Part shown: in pieces, positions 41,294-50,976 of the stretch
Layout of the letters: each line of letters opens with the position of its first letter
How positions within the stretch are numbered: the stretch's first letter is position 1
Source: an uncultured Pseudobdellovibrionaceae bacterium
GTDB lineage: Bacteria; Patescibacteriota; Minisyncoccia; Moranbacterales; GCA-2747515
Assembly (NCBI GenBank): GCA_964463705.1
Contig: CAYXCH010000007.1
Location: 1-54,925 of the forward strand
Length of the DNA stretch: 54,925 nt
Direction: 5' to 3'
Made by a program: the position numbers and the translations under genes
Notes under the pieces: model-generated
The model's input: the letters and a program-made list of their open reading frames with translations, nothing else
What the model was told of the DNA's origin: nothing
Databases searched by the model: none

Positions 41294-42723
41294 CGCTCAA
41301 ATAATAGCGTGTTCTGTCGCTGTATAATTGCCTCCGCTGTCTGTGGCAAGAACGGGCGTATCACTGTCCCCAATACCGCCACATCATCAACAAAGGACTG
41401 CATCACTGTTTGGTACGCCTCAGGATCCGTCTTCCGAAGTGTCCACGGCGCCTGTTGCTCCATTCGGGTATTCATTTCATTTACCATCTCCCAAATAACA
41501 GCCAATGCCTCTCGCATTTCCATTCGGCGCACCAGTGGAATAATTCGTGCCTTCATTTCCGCAATTCGCGCAGATCCATCCGATGGTGTCATTCCTTCTG
41601 GCGTAAGAGCGGCAATGCGACGAACAAGATTTCCCAACCCATTGACAAGATCCGCCGTGTACGTTGCATCCATTCGATCCCACGATAAATCACTATCGTC
41701 TCCAAACGCCGACAGCGTCAATAATACATACCGTGTTCCGTCCACACCGTAACGCTCTACCATTTCGGATGGAGAAATAACATTTCCCAACGACTTACTC
41801 ATTTTCTGACCATCCACGCTGATAAATCCGTTAATAAACACCTGCCGGCTTGGCGGAAGCCCCGCCGCCAGTAACATCGCTTGCCACATCGCACTCTGTT
41901 GTCGCAGATTGTCTTTCCCGGCGATTTGTATGGCGCGCGGCTCTGTCGGCGTTCCCCAAAATCGCACAAACCGATCCTCATCATCCGGCCAGTGCAATGT
42001 GGAAATATAATTAGTCAATGCGTCAAACCACACATACATCACATGTTCATCATCACCGGGAACGGGAACGCCCCACGGAACCTTCCGTCGTAATCGTGAA
42101 ATGGAAAAATCCTGCAATCCGCGCTCCACAAACGATCGCACCTCATTCAATCGCTTCTGCGGAACAACAAAATCCGTATAACGATTGTAAAGTTCCAACA
42201 GCGGCTCTTGAAATGCACTGAACCGAAAGAAGTAATTTTCTTCCTCCCCTTCTTGCAGCGGCCGGTCCGGATGAAACGGGCACCGCCCATGATCCAACTC
42301 ACTGTCCGTCTTTTCCAACTCACATCCAATACAATACTTTGTATAATAGGTCTTTTTATAGATATATCCATTGGCATCTACTCGCCGCCACAACTCTTGC
42401 GCCGCCGCCTTATGATATGCATCCGTGGTACGAATAAACTGTGTCGGTGATACATTTAACAACGTCTCCAACTCCCGGAACGTCTTTGCGTACTGATCCA
42501 CATAATCCTGCGGGGGCACCTTTGCCTCCTGTGCTTTCTCATAAATTTTTGCCCCATGCTCATCCGTTCCGGTATTAAAGACAACATCACGTCCTTCCGC
42601 TCGCTCCATTCGCGCCCGCACATCCGCCAAAACAATCTCCCATGCAAAACCGATATGCGGCGCCGCATTAACGTAGGGTAACGTTGTTGTAATATAGAAT
42701 GCCTCTCGTTGTGTTGAATTCAT
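41284..42723 (-). CDS. metG: Methionine--tRNA ligase (short form)
   Basis: TTTLPYVNAAPHIG, TGTDEHGAK, YVWFDAL, KMSKSLGN. Confidence 0.97.
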   Translation of the reverse strand: MNSTQREAFYITTTLPYVNAAPHIGFAWEIVLADVRARMERAEGRDVVFNTGTDEHGAKIYEKAQEAKVPPQDYVDQYAKTFRELETLLNVSPTQFIRTTDAYHKAAAQELWRRVDANGYIYKKTYYTKYCIGCELEKTDSELDHGRCPFHPDRPLQEGEEENYFFRFSAFQEPLLELYNRYTDFVVPQKRLNEVRSFVERGLQDFSISRLRRKVPWGVPVPGDDEHVMYVWFDALTNYISTLHWPDDEDRFVRFWGTPTEPRAIQIAGKDNLRQQSAMWQAMLLAAGLPPSRQVFINGFISVDGQKMSKSLGNVISPSEMVERYGVDGTRYVLLTLSAFGDDSDLSWDRMDATYTADLVNGLGNLVRRIAALTPEGMTPSDGSARIAEMKARIIPLVRRMEMREALAVIWEMVNEMNTRMEQQAPWTLRKTDPEAYQTVMQSFVDDVAVLGTVIRPFLPQTAEAIIQRQNTLLFERCS

Positions 42724-42733
42724 AACGGTTGTA

Positions 42734-43432
42734 TTAAGAAGGATTACACGGTGATACACCGGTCGTTACAAGAAGGGAGAACTCTCCGCGAACCGTTTCG
42801 GGATGCTCTGCAAAGTGATGGCGAACAGTGGCGATATCTCCCCGCACAAACTCCTCATGTACTTTTGTCATTTCTCGTCCGACAACCAACTGTGCCGTCG
42901 GTAAAACGTCCTCCAACAGTGCGAGATTTTTCTCCACACGATGGACACTATCATAATATACCACCGCCATTTGCTCCCGCTCCACCCACTCTGCAAGACG
43001 TGTAAAAAATGTTACCCTCCCCTTCTTATGTGGCGGATACGCCAAAAATATACACCGCTGCGTATCTACTCCCGCCACACTCATCAATGCACCCACCGCC
43101 GTCGGTCCCGGCACGGGACATACATCAACCCCCGCACATACCGCCGCTGCGACAAGACGATTTCCCGGATCACTCACACCCGGTGTGCCGGCATCCGTCA
43201 CCAACGCCATCACCTCTCCGCGTCGTAACCGCTCAACAATCTGTGCAAGACGTCCCGAAGCGGTGTGATGATGTACCGCCACCATCGGTGTCGTGATATC
43301 ATAGTGCGCCAACAACGTACGAGTCACCCGTGTGTCCTCACACAATATCGTTTCCGCTTGTTTCAACACACGAACGGCGCGATACGTTATGTCCTCCAAA
43401 TTTCCAATTGGCGTTGCCACAACATACAGCAT
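42734..43432 (-). CDS. rsmI: 16S rRNA C1402 2'-O-methyltransferase RsmI
   Basis: LYVVATPIGNLEDIT, CEDTR, DAGTPGVSDPG, REMTKVHEE, GEF. Confidence 0.97.
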   Translation of the reverse strand: MLYVVATPIGNLEDITYRAVRVLKQAETILCEDTRVTRTLLAHYDITTPMVAVHHHTASGRLAQIVERLRRGEVMALVTDAGTPGVSDPGNRLVAAAVCAGVDVCPVPGPTAVGALMSVAGVDTQRCIFLAYPPHKKGRVTFFTRLAEWVEREQMAVVYYDSVHRVEKNLALLEDVLPTAQLVVGREMTKVHEEFVRGDIATVRHHFAEHPETVRGEFSLLVTTGVSPCNPS

Positions 43433-43434
43433 AG

Positions 43435-44448
43435 TTACCCGATTTTACGCTCCAATACATCTTTAACAAACAAACTGACCGCGCCCGCAAGTGGAACAGC
43501 GATAATCACTCCGATTAATCCCGCAATTTTCGCACCGACAAGCAGTGCCAGAATTACCGCCACGGGATTTAACCCGACCGCCTTATTCATAATTTGCGGA
43601 ATCAGAATGTGATTCTCCACCAAATTCACCAACATATATCCCGCGAGCACACCGAATCCCACCATCGGCGATACGGAAAATCCCAACATTGCCGCGGGAA
43701 TGACACTCAATACCGGACCCAGATACGGCACAATTTCCAACAATCCCCCCAATACCGCCAACACCAATGCATACGGCACTCCCAACAGTGCCAAAATAAT
43801 ATAGTAAAACACACCGACAAACACCATCGTAACCACTTGTCCCGCCATCCATCGCCCGAAATTTTCTTGAATACGCTGTGCCAAAGAAATAACATACGCC
43901 TGATGTTGTTGCGGCGTCAATGATACCAAAAAGTGCTTTATACCATCCTTCTGCAACGACATGTAAAATGCCATGGACAGTGTCGCCAGTACCGCCACCA
44001 ATACGGAAAATACCGATGCCGTCCGAGAAAATACGTCACCAAAAGAGCCGGAAAATATCGTATGGATTTGGGAAAGAACATTTGCACTTCCGAGATTGGT
44101 GCCGAATATCATACCCAATGCGCTGTCCGGTGCAAATACCGTCTGTTGCGTCAATCTCTCCGCAAACGCATTAAGCTGTGCCGTTAATGATGGAACAATA
44201 AATGATACCAATAAACTCAGTATTGCAAAAAATGCCACGTAGACCAGCGTAACCGTCAGCGCGCGCGGTATATGCCATCGCTGAAACACCGTGATAATCG
44301 GTCCCAATGCCGCCGCAATAATCACCGCAATCATCAACAATGCCAAAATATCCCGCACCAAATACAGAAACCACAGCGTACACACAACAACAACAATTCG
44401 GAGAATTGTTTGTGTGGAAATTGTTATGTTGTGCTCACCGTGAACCAT
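43435..44448 (-). CDS. AI-2E family transporter
   Basis: Hydrophobic; EIVPYLGP, ENHILIPQIM, GLNPV, IIAVPL. Confidence 0.92.
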   Translation of the reverse strand: MVHGEHNITISTQTILRIVVVVCTLWFLYLVRDILALLMIAVIIAAALGPIITVFQRWHIPRALTVTLVYVAFFAILSLLVSFIVPSLTAQLNAFAERLTQQTVFAPDSALGMIFGTNLGSANVLSQIHTIFSGSFGDVFSRTASVFSVLVAVLATLSMAFYMSLQKDGIKHFLVSLTPQQHQAYVISLAQRIQENFGRWMAGQVVTMVFVGVFYYIILALLGVPYALVLAVLGGLLEIVPYLGPVLSVIPAAMLGFSVSPMVGFGVLAGYMLVNLVENHILIPQIMNKAVGLNPVAVILALLVGAKIAGLIGVIIAVPLAGAVSLFVKDVLERKIG

Positions 44449-44452
44449 GTGT

Positions 44453-45745
44453 TCAGTATGACATGTTTAAGAGAGATTGCAAGCGATTGCGCGTTGCCGC
44501 TCCGTGTGGACCAATGATTGCAAGTGTATACCGTGAGGGAATAAAAAGATCGTTTGCCACTCGTCGGATATCATCGGCGGTAACTGCATTGATGCGACGG
44601 ATTATCTCTTGTGCGGACATAATGCGCCGATGATAAATTTCTTGTCCGGTAATAAAGTATGCTATATCATCGGACGTTTCCAATCCCAATACCAATCGTC
44701 CGCTAAGGTATTCCTTTGCCGTCTTAATTTCTTTTTCCGACGGAGTTCGCCGCGTCAATAACGCACACTCTCGCAAAATAATCCGTAGTACATCATCAAG
44801 ATGTGCATGATCAATACCCGCGGAAACATAAAATGCACCGGTTTCGGCATACGAATCTATTGATGCATGAATACTGTACGCCAGTCCGCGATTTTCACGC
44901 ACGCGAACAAACAAACGACTACTCATTCCCCCGCCGAGAATTGCTGTCAGTACTCGTAATGCATACCGATCGGGGTGATGAACTCCATATGCCGGAACAC
45001 CAAACATGCACTGTGTCTGATCTGTACGTTTATGCCGAATGGTTACGCGGGGCGATGACTGACGGCGCGGAACAAACGGAACGGCGGAGCGTGGCGGCGC
45101 GGACGACATTGCTCCAAATTCTTTACGAATCTTTGCGTGAACGGCTCGGAGAGGAAATTTACCTGCTACACAGACGATTGTATTGTTTGCCGTATAGCAC
45201 TGCCGACGATACGCCAATATATCTCGACGCGTAAATGTTTTAATGTTTTTTTCCGGACCCAAAATGGTCCGCCCCAACGGATGGCGCGTGCCAAATACCG
45301 CCGCATCAAATATGTGGTGAATTTCTCGAGATGGCGCATCTCGATACATGCGAATTTCTTGCAAAATCGCCCCGCGTTCTCGCTCAATATCTCGTGATAA
45401 TAATCGGGAATTTAGGAACATATCACTTAGTACATCCAACGCCGTTATCGCATGAGTGGACCGTACTTTAGCATGGTATACCGTATAATCTTTACCGGTA
45501 GCGGCATTGTATGCACCACCAATCCCATCAAGCTCCGCGCTGATATGACGCGGTGTTGGGCGACGAGGCGTCCCTTTAAAAAACATATGTTCCAGGAAGT
45601 GCGCCAATCCATTCTCCCGCGCATCTTCATGACGAGAACCGGTCGTAACGGCAATCATCACCGTTACCGTTTCAACATCCGCCATTGGCACAAATATCAC
45701 GCGCACTCCGTTACGCAATGTATGAGTCTGATAGTTCATAACCAT
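44453..45745 (-). CDS. M16 family zinc peptidase
   Basis: GSRHE, AHFLEHMFFKGT (HxxEH), LGGGMSSRLF..VRE.RGLAY. Confidence 0.95.
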   Translation of the reverse strand: MVMNYQTHTLRNGVRVIFVPMADVETVTVMIAVTTGSRHEDARENGLAHFLEHMFFKGTPRRPTPRHISAELDGIGGAYNAATGKDYTVYHAKVRSTHAITALDVLSDMFLNSRLLSRDIERERGAILQEIRMYRDAPSREIHHIFDAAVFGTRHPLGRTILGPEKNIKTFTRRDILAYRRQCYTANNTIVCVAGKFPLRAVHAKIRKEFGAMSSAPPRSAVPFVPRRQSSPRVTIRHKRTDQTQCMFGVPAYGVHHPDRYALRVLTAILGGGMSSRLFVRVRENRGLAYSIHASIDSYAETGAFYVSAGIDHAHLDDVLRIILRECALLTRRTPSEKEIKTAKEYLSGRLVLGLETSDDIAYFITGQEIYHRRIMSAQEIIRRINAVTADDIRRVANDLFIPSRYTLAIIGPHGAATRNRLQSLLNMSY

Positions 45746-45786
45746 CTACAATAACTCCGTTTTTCATCTACCGTCGGTACCGCGCG

Positions 45787-47196
45787 CTAATGACGTCGAC
45801 GTGACAGTAAAACCGTTGTCAACAACCGGACGCCATCACCGCTACTTCCCGGTGATAACTGCTCATCACTGCCGGCAGTCATCCGTGGTGCCATATCAAT
45901 ATGCGCCCACGGAACCGATGAATCCACAAATCGCTTCAAAAATGCTCCCGCCGTAATTGTTCCGGCGTACCGATCTCGCGATCCGCTACTAACATTGGCA
46001 AGGTCCGCTCGCGTACTTTTGAGATATGCATCATACTCATCCCATAATGGAAGCGGCCATACCCGATCCCCGCTCTCCTCACCGGCGGCACAAATCGCCG
46101 AACGAAGTATATTGTGCTCTTCTCGCGTCATTACCGCATGTGCCTCCTCTCCCAATGCCACCAATGACGCACCGGTCAATGTCGCAATATCCAGTAGTTG
46201 CGCCGGCGCATATGTCCGCTGTGCATACGTCAGCGCATCCGCCAAAATCAATCGCCCCTCTGCATCAGTGTTGCGAATTTCCACTGTTGTTCCGCTCATC
46301 ATGCGAAGAATATCACCCGGTCGCATACTGCTGCCGGACGGCATATTTTCCACTGCCGGAACCACCGCCACCGCATGAACACGTGCTCGCAACTGCGCCA
46401 ATGCCAATACACTGCAAATCGCCACCGCTCCGCCACTCATATCCATCATCATCTCTGTTGCATGCGGATATGGCTTAACGTCCAACCCGCCACTGTCAAA
46501 CGTCACTCCTTTTCCGACAATAACGGTTGGCGCAGTGTTTGCTCCGGCATACTCCACAATAATTACACGAGGAGTTGCATTGCTCCCCTGTCCAACCGCC
46601 AGAATACCGTTCATTTTTTTCGCCCGAATTTGCTTGGGGGTCAATACGCGCACGCGTACACCGGAAACGGTTCGTGCAAGAGAACGTACGGTGCGCGCAA
46701 AGGATGCCGGCGTTAAATCGCCTCCCGGTGTATTGGCAAGATCGCGGGCGTGATTTGTCCATGTTGCAACAATTGTTCCGTGTCGGATACCGGAACGAAT
46801 GGCACGACGAACAGCGGCGGAATCACAAAGAATGGTAACGGTTCGTACCGGCGGCGCCTCCTCATCAGATGGTGATCGGTATGCGGTAAACTCGTATGCC
46901 GCCATAATTATTGCCTCCGCACATTGTTGCGCACTCCGCTCCGTCTCCGTCTCCCGCTTACCGACTATATCATTCCAAGAGATGGCAAGAGATGTTATAT
47001 GATGCGTGCGTGCCGTCCGCACCAATGATCGGAGATCACGAATCCATTGAACACGAGACTTTGTTCGCGGAGAGCGTATATGCAATGTTTCCGTTGTTCC
47101 GCGACGTACAAACCGCGCCGCTCCCTGATGCGTTGGCGTTGCCCGAACAAGAACAGCGGTGCGCGGAACGGAGGAAGAAACGGTAATACGAATCAT
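45787..47196 (-). CDS. pepA: Leucyl aminopeptidase (M17)
   Basis: VGKGVTFDSGG, DMSGGA, NTDAEGRLILAD, ATLTGA. Confidence 0.95.
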   Translation of the reverse strand: MIRITVSSSVPRTAVLVRATPTHQGAARFVRRGTTETLHIRSPRTKSRVQWIRDLRSLVRTARTHHITSLAISWNDIVGKRETETERSAQQCAEAIIMAAYEFTAYRSPSDEEAPPVRTVTILCDSAAVRRAIRSGIRHGTIVATWTNHARDLANTPGGDLTPASFARTVRSLARTVSGVRVRVLTPKQIRAKKMNGILAVGQGSNATPRVIIVEYAGANTAPTVIVGKGVTFDSGGLDVKPYPHATEMMMDMSGGAVAICSVLALAQLRARVHAVAVVPAVENMPSGSSMRPGDILRMMSGTTVEIRNTDAEGRLILADALTYAQRTYAPAQLLDIATLTGASLVALGEEAHAVMTREEHNILRSAICAAGEESGDRVWPLPLWDEYDAYLKSTRADLANVSSGSRDRYAGTITAGAFLKRFVDSSVPWAHIDMAPRMTAGSDEQLSPGSSGDGVRLLTTVLLSRRRH

Positions 47197-48602
47197 ACGC
47201 TATGACTTTTATCAGAATTTACATGATCACGAAGGTATGCCACCACTTGCGCAATTGATACTCGCTCCTGTTGCATCGTATCCCGATCACGCACCGTTAC
47301 CGTATCATCTTCCAGTGTTTGAAAATCCACCGTAATACAAAACGGGGTTCCGATTTCATCTTGACGCCGATACCGCTTTCCAACATTGCCATGGTCGTCA
47401 AATTCACACATATAGTGCATGCTGAGATGTTCATATATCGCCTGCGCTCGTGTAACAAGTTCCGGCTTGTTTCGCAATAAGGGGAAGATTGCCGCCGTAA
47501 TGGGGGCAAGGTGTCGCGCCACACGCAACACAGTTCGTGTATTCCCCTCCCCAAGATCTTCCTCCGTATACGCATCACATAATACCGCCAACACTGTCCG
47601 ATCCACTCCGACCGATGTCTCCACAATATGCGGCACATAAGAAGTTCCCGTTTTCGGATCACGATACGTCAAATCCACGCCGGACGCTTGCATATGCTGC
47701 GTCAAGTCATAGTCTCCGCGCGCATGTACTCCCTCCAACTCCTTAAATCCGAATGGATACCGATATTCAATATCATGCGCCGCCCGCGCATAGAACACCA
47801 AATTCTCATGCTCATGCCAACGGATATTCTCCGCCCGCAGACCCAGGACATTTGTATAATACGCAAAACGTTTCTCCCGCCACTCCTCATATGCATCGGC
47901 GGCGGCATCCGGGTGAACAAAGTATTGCATCTCCATTTGCTCAAATTCCCGTTTACGGAAGATGAACTGCCGGGCGGTAATTTCATTGCGAAACGCCTTC
48001 CCGATTTGCGCGATACCAAACGGCACTTTAACTCGCGCCGTATTCATCACATTCTTGACATTTACATAAATTCCCTGACAAGTCTCTCCTCGCAAATACG
48101 TCGGCGATGCCTCCCAGTTTCCGGTAAAATTTCCCAGATTGGATTGCACAAGCAGGTTGAATTGCTTTGCATCGGTAAACTCCTTTTGTCCACATGCCGG
48201 ACACCGTAAGCGCTCGGCGTTATTGCGTAATAATTCATTGATTTCCTCCTCGCTCATTTTTTCATCGGCAAATACGCCGGCATCTTCCAATAAATGATCC
48301 ACTCGTACGCGTGCATGACATTGCTTGCACTCTGCCAGCGGATCACTGAAATTCCGTACATGTCCCGATGCCTCCCATACCTTTGGAGACATGAAAATAC
48401 TACTGTCCAATCCAACAATATTGGCATGCTTTTGTACCATTTCTCGCCACCATGCCTCCCGAATATTACGCGCCAACAATGTGCCATACGGACCGTAGTC
48501 ATATACCGCGGCAAATCCTCCGTAAATTTCGCTACTGGGAAATACAAACCCGCGCCGCTTGGCAAACGCCGTCAATGTCTCCATGGAAACCGTCTGTGTC
48601 AT
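47193..48602 (-). CDS. glyQS: Glycine--tRNA ligase (homodimeric type)
   Basis: KRRGFVFPSSEIYGG, LRGETCQG, IGKAFRNEIT, REFEQME, YRRQDEIGTPFCITVD. Confidence 0.97.
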   Translation of the reverse strand: MTQTVSMETLTAFAKRRGFVFPSSEIYGGFAAVYDYGPYGTLLARNIREAWWREMVQKHANIVGLDSSIFMSPKVWEASGHVRNFSDPLAECKQCHARVRVDHLLEDAGVFADEKMSEEEINELLRNNAERLRCPACGQKEFTDAKQFNLLVQSNLGNFTGNWEASPTYLRGETCQGIYVNVKNVMNTARVKVPFGIAQIGKAFRNEITARQFIFRKREFEQMEMQYFVHPDAAADAYEEWREKRFAYYTNVLGLRAENIRWHEHENLVFYARAAHDIEYRYPFGFKELEGVHARGDYDLTQHMQASGVDLTYRDPKTGTSYVPHIVETSVGVDRTVLAVLCDAYTEEDLGEGNTRTVLRVARHLAPITAAIFPLLRNKPELVTRAQAIYEHLSMHYMCEFDDHGNVGKRYRRQDEIGTPFCITVDFQTLEDDTVTVRDRDTMQQERVSIAQVVAYLRDHVNSDKSHSV

Positions 48603-48654
48603 ACACTCAGTATTATTCTTAACTTATCTTATCATACCACATATCGCTTCACTA

Positions 48655-48683
48655 TTGCATACCCGTGCACGTCGGCGTATAAT
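48655..48683 (+). promoter_or_regulatory. Sigma70-type promoter of the basic miniprotein gene
   Basis: TTGCAT-N17-TATAAT; Shine-Dalgarno AAGGAGGTGATC at 48723-48734. Confidence 0.8.
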
Positions 48684-48737
48684 ACAAATAACAGTCCACG
48701 GGATTGTATAACCCTTACCGGAAAGGAGGTGATCTCC

Positions 48738-48938
48738 ATGCCGACAAAGAAAAAAACAACGCGGAAGCGAACGGCGGCAAAGAAAACCACCGCGCGCAAA
48801 AAGACCGCAGTGAAGAAGACGACGCGAACGCGAGCGACGACAAAAAAGACGACGCGAACGTCTGCTGCAAAGAAAACAACGCGGAAGCGAACGACGGCAA
48901 AGAAAACCACCGCACGACGCACTACACGTCGCCGCTAA
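48738..48938 (+). CDS. Histone H1-like Lys/Arg/Thr-rich basic protein (66 aa)
   Basis: MPTKKKTTRKRTAAKK...; 17 K + 13 R, 23 T, no acidic residue; strong SD, promoter and terminator. Confidence 0.85.
   Translation: MPTKKKTTRKRTAAKKTTARKKTAVKKTTRTRATTKKTTRTSAAKKTTRKRTTAKKTTARRTTRRR
48753..48913 (+). repeat. 41-nt direct repeat (48753-48793 and 48873-48913) within the basic protein gene
   Basis: aaaacaacgcggaagcgaacg(g/a)cggcaaagaaaaccaccgc, one mismatch, 120 nt apart. Confidence 0.9.
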
Positions 48939-48943
48939 CATAC

Positions 48944-48976
48944 AAACACCGCCTCTTATTGGAGACGGTGTTTTGT
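48944..48976. terminator. Terminator between the basic protein gene and prfA
   Basis: aaacaccgcctc-ttattg-gagacggtgtttt. Confidence 0.75.
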
Positions 48977-48983
48977 ATTTGTT

Positions 48984-50084
48984 CTATGCATCGTTCCGCG
49001 CCGCATCCATTGCCGCCGCCGTTCGCGCTTGCGCATCCGCCGCACGCAATGTTTGCACGATATCATCCAATGCTCCATCCAAAATTGCCGGCAAGTTACT
49101 CCAATTTTTCTTCACTCGGTGATCCGTAATACGATCCTGCGGATAGTTATATGTACGAATTTTTTCACTGCGATCACCGCTGCCGATTTGCGCCCGACGC
49201 GCATCTCCCACTTCTTTGGCCCGCTTCTCCTCTTCCGCCTGTTTAATCCGCGCCCGCAATACACTCATCGCACGGTCCTTATTTTTGTGTTGTGATTTCT
49301 CGTCCTGACAAGATACGACAATCCCCGTCGGAAGGTGAGTAATACGCACGGCACTCATTGTTGTATTGACACTCTGTCCACCGGGACCGGACGAAGCAAA
49401 TGTATCAATACGCAAATCCTTCGGATCAATCTGTACGTCCACCTCCTCCGCCTCCGGCAATACCGCAACTGTCACGGTGGATGTATGGACTCGCCCCTGT
49501 TTTTCCGTTTCGGGAATTCGTTGCACCCGATGCACACCGGACTCATATTTCATTGAACCGTACACACTATGCGCCGCCCCACCGCGCGCCGTTAGTTGAA
49601 AAATGATTTCCTTGTATCCCCCACCATCCGTGGCGTGACTGTTCAAAACCGTTACATCCCACTGCTGTGTCGCGGCGTAGCGCGTATACATGCGAAACAT
49701 ATCCGCCGCAAACAATGCCGCTTCATCACCACCGGCACCGGCGCGAATCTCTACAATCGCATCCTTATCATCGTCCGGATCTTTTGGAACCAGTGCTTGC
49801 TCAATCGCTCGCGCCAACGCCTCCTCCTCACGAGACAGTGCAATGTTTTCCTCGGCGGCAAGTTGCGCCAATTCCGCATCATCGCCACTTAACAGCGCCG
49901 CATTATCACGTAACTGCGCTTGTATTTCATCCAATCGTGCAACGTTTTCCAATAGTGATGAGAGCTCTGCGTGTCTTCGCTGCAATTGCGCCATCACTTT
50001 AATGTCACGCGCGCACTCCGGATCTTGCAATTTCCGTTCAATGTCCGCGAACTCCTCCCGACGTTTTTTAATTAACGCTTCCAT
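48984..50084 (-). CDS. prfA: Peptide chain release factor 1
   Basis: EIRAGAGGDEA, ESGVHRVQRIPETE (PxT), SGPGGQSVN, RSEKIRTYNYPQDR. Confidence 0.98.
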   Translation of the reverse strand: MEALIKKRREEFADIERKLQDPECARDIKVMAQLQRRHAELSSLLENVARLDEIQAQLRDNAALLSGDDAELAQLAAEENIALSREEEALARAIEQALVPKDPDDDKDAIVEIRAGAGGDEAALFAADMFRMYTRYAATQQWDVTVLNSHATDGGGYKEIIFQLTARGGAAHSVYGSMKYESGVHRVQRIPETEKQGRVHTSTVTVAVLPEAEEVDVQIDPKDLRIDTFASSGPGGQSVNTTMSAVRITHLPTGIVVSCQDEKSQHKNKDRAMSVLRARIKQAEEEKRAKEVGDARRAQIGSGDRSEKIRTYNYPQDRITDHRVKKNWSNLPAILDGALDDIVQTLRAADAQARTAAAMDAARNDA

Positions 50085-50085
50085 A

Positions 50086-50892
50086 TTATTGACAGGTCTC
50101 CTTCATCCGTTGCCGGAAGGCTTCAATATACTCTTCAACAGATACCCCCTCCTTCCGTGCAACCGACGTAATAATATTAATCAAGTACGCACACGTTTCT
50201 TTGTACGTGATAATTTCACGCAACGCGTCTTCCAGCTGACGTGTCGCCGCTTGCATTGCCGCAATCTCATCCCGAAGACGCTCTCGCTGAATAAACGGAT
50301 TTTCATCTCCTTTTAGTTTTTTATCTACCGCCCATACATCTACAATGGTATACACCACGTCTTTCATTGCCTCGGACACTTTGGAAAAATCTCCCGTCTC
50401 CTCAGCATGAGAAATGATAGTAGAGAGTTGTTCTTGTGCATGTTTAATCTTTGACACCGATATATCTAAAACTCTTCGTGCACGATAAGTATACAGTCCG
50501 TACTCTTCACTCGGTGTCCTTCCATGCTTTTCTAAATACTTTTTGGACTCTTCTATCATTGACTGCAATGCTGTAGACATCCTATCGGAAAGTATCTGTG
50601 CGGCGGGGTCCATAGAATAATCAATTGGAACATGCGCTGATGGACGAGATTTTCCCTCACTGTCCGTTTCCCATGTAACATGGACAGTGGGCGAACGTTG
50701 CTCTATCGTCGCACTTGATGCCTCCACCGTCCGATCCGGAAATGATGTAATTGTCGGTGGCGATGGTGTGGCATCAATATCGGTACTTAACGCCGCAAGT
50801 ATAGCGGTAATTGCGGCACTCTTCGCCGATGGAGGATTTTCAGGATTATTGCCATGGCCACCGGCATCCGATGGTGAAAATGGTTCTTTCAT
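50086..50892 (-). CDS. Hypothetical protein (disordered N-terminus, helical C-terminus)
   Basis: 268-aa ORF with its own extended -10 (TGATAGAAT 50920-28) and a GAGGAG upstream. Confidence 0.75.
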   Translation of the reverse strand: MKEPFSPSDAGGHGNNPENPPSAKSAAITAILAALSTDIDATPSPPTITSFPDRTVEASSATIEQRSPTVHVTWETDSEGKSRPSAHVPIDYSMDPAAQILSDRMSTALQSMIEESKKYLEKHGRTPSEEYGLYTYRARRVLDISVSKIKHAQEQLSTIISHAEETGDFSKVSEAMKDVVYTIVDVWAVDKKLKGDENPFIQRERLRDEIAAMQAATRQLEDALREIITYKETCAYLINIITSVARKEGVSVEEYIEAFRQRMKETCQ

Positions 50893-50976
50893 GAGTTATA
50901 TCTAAACTATTTACTCCTCATTCTATCATGTTTATCTAATCTGTCACGTGGTATACTGTACACAAATATTTTTTCT

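Noticed and set aside
48738-48938. Repeats as a CRISPR array or VNTR
   Set aside because: They are in-frame coding repeats without unique spacers; no cas genes in the window.
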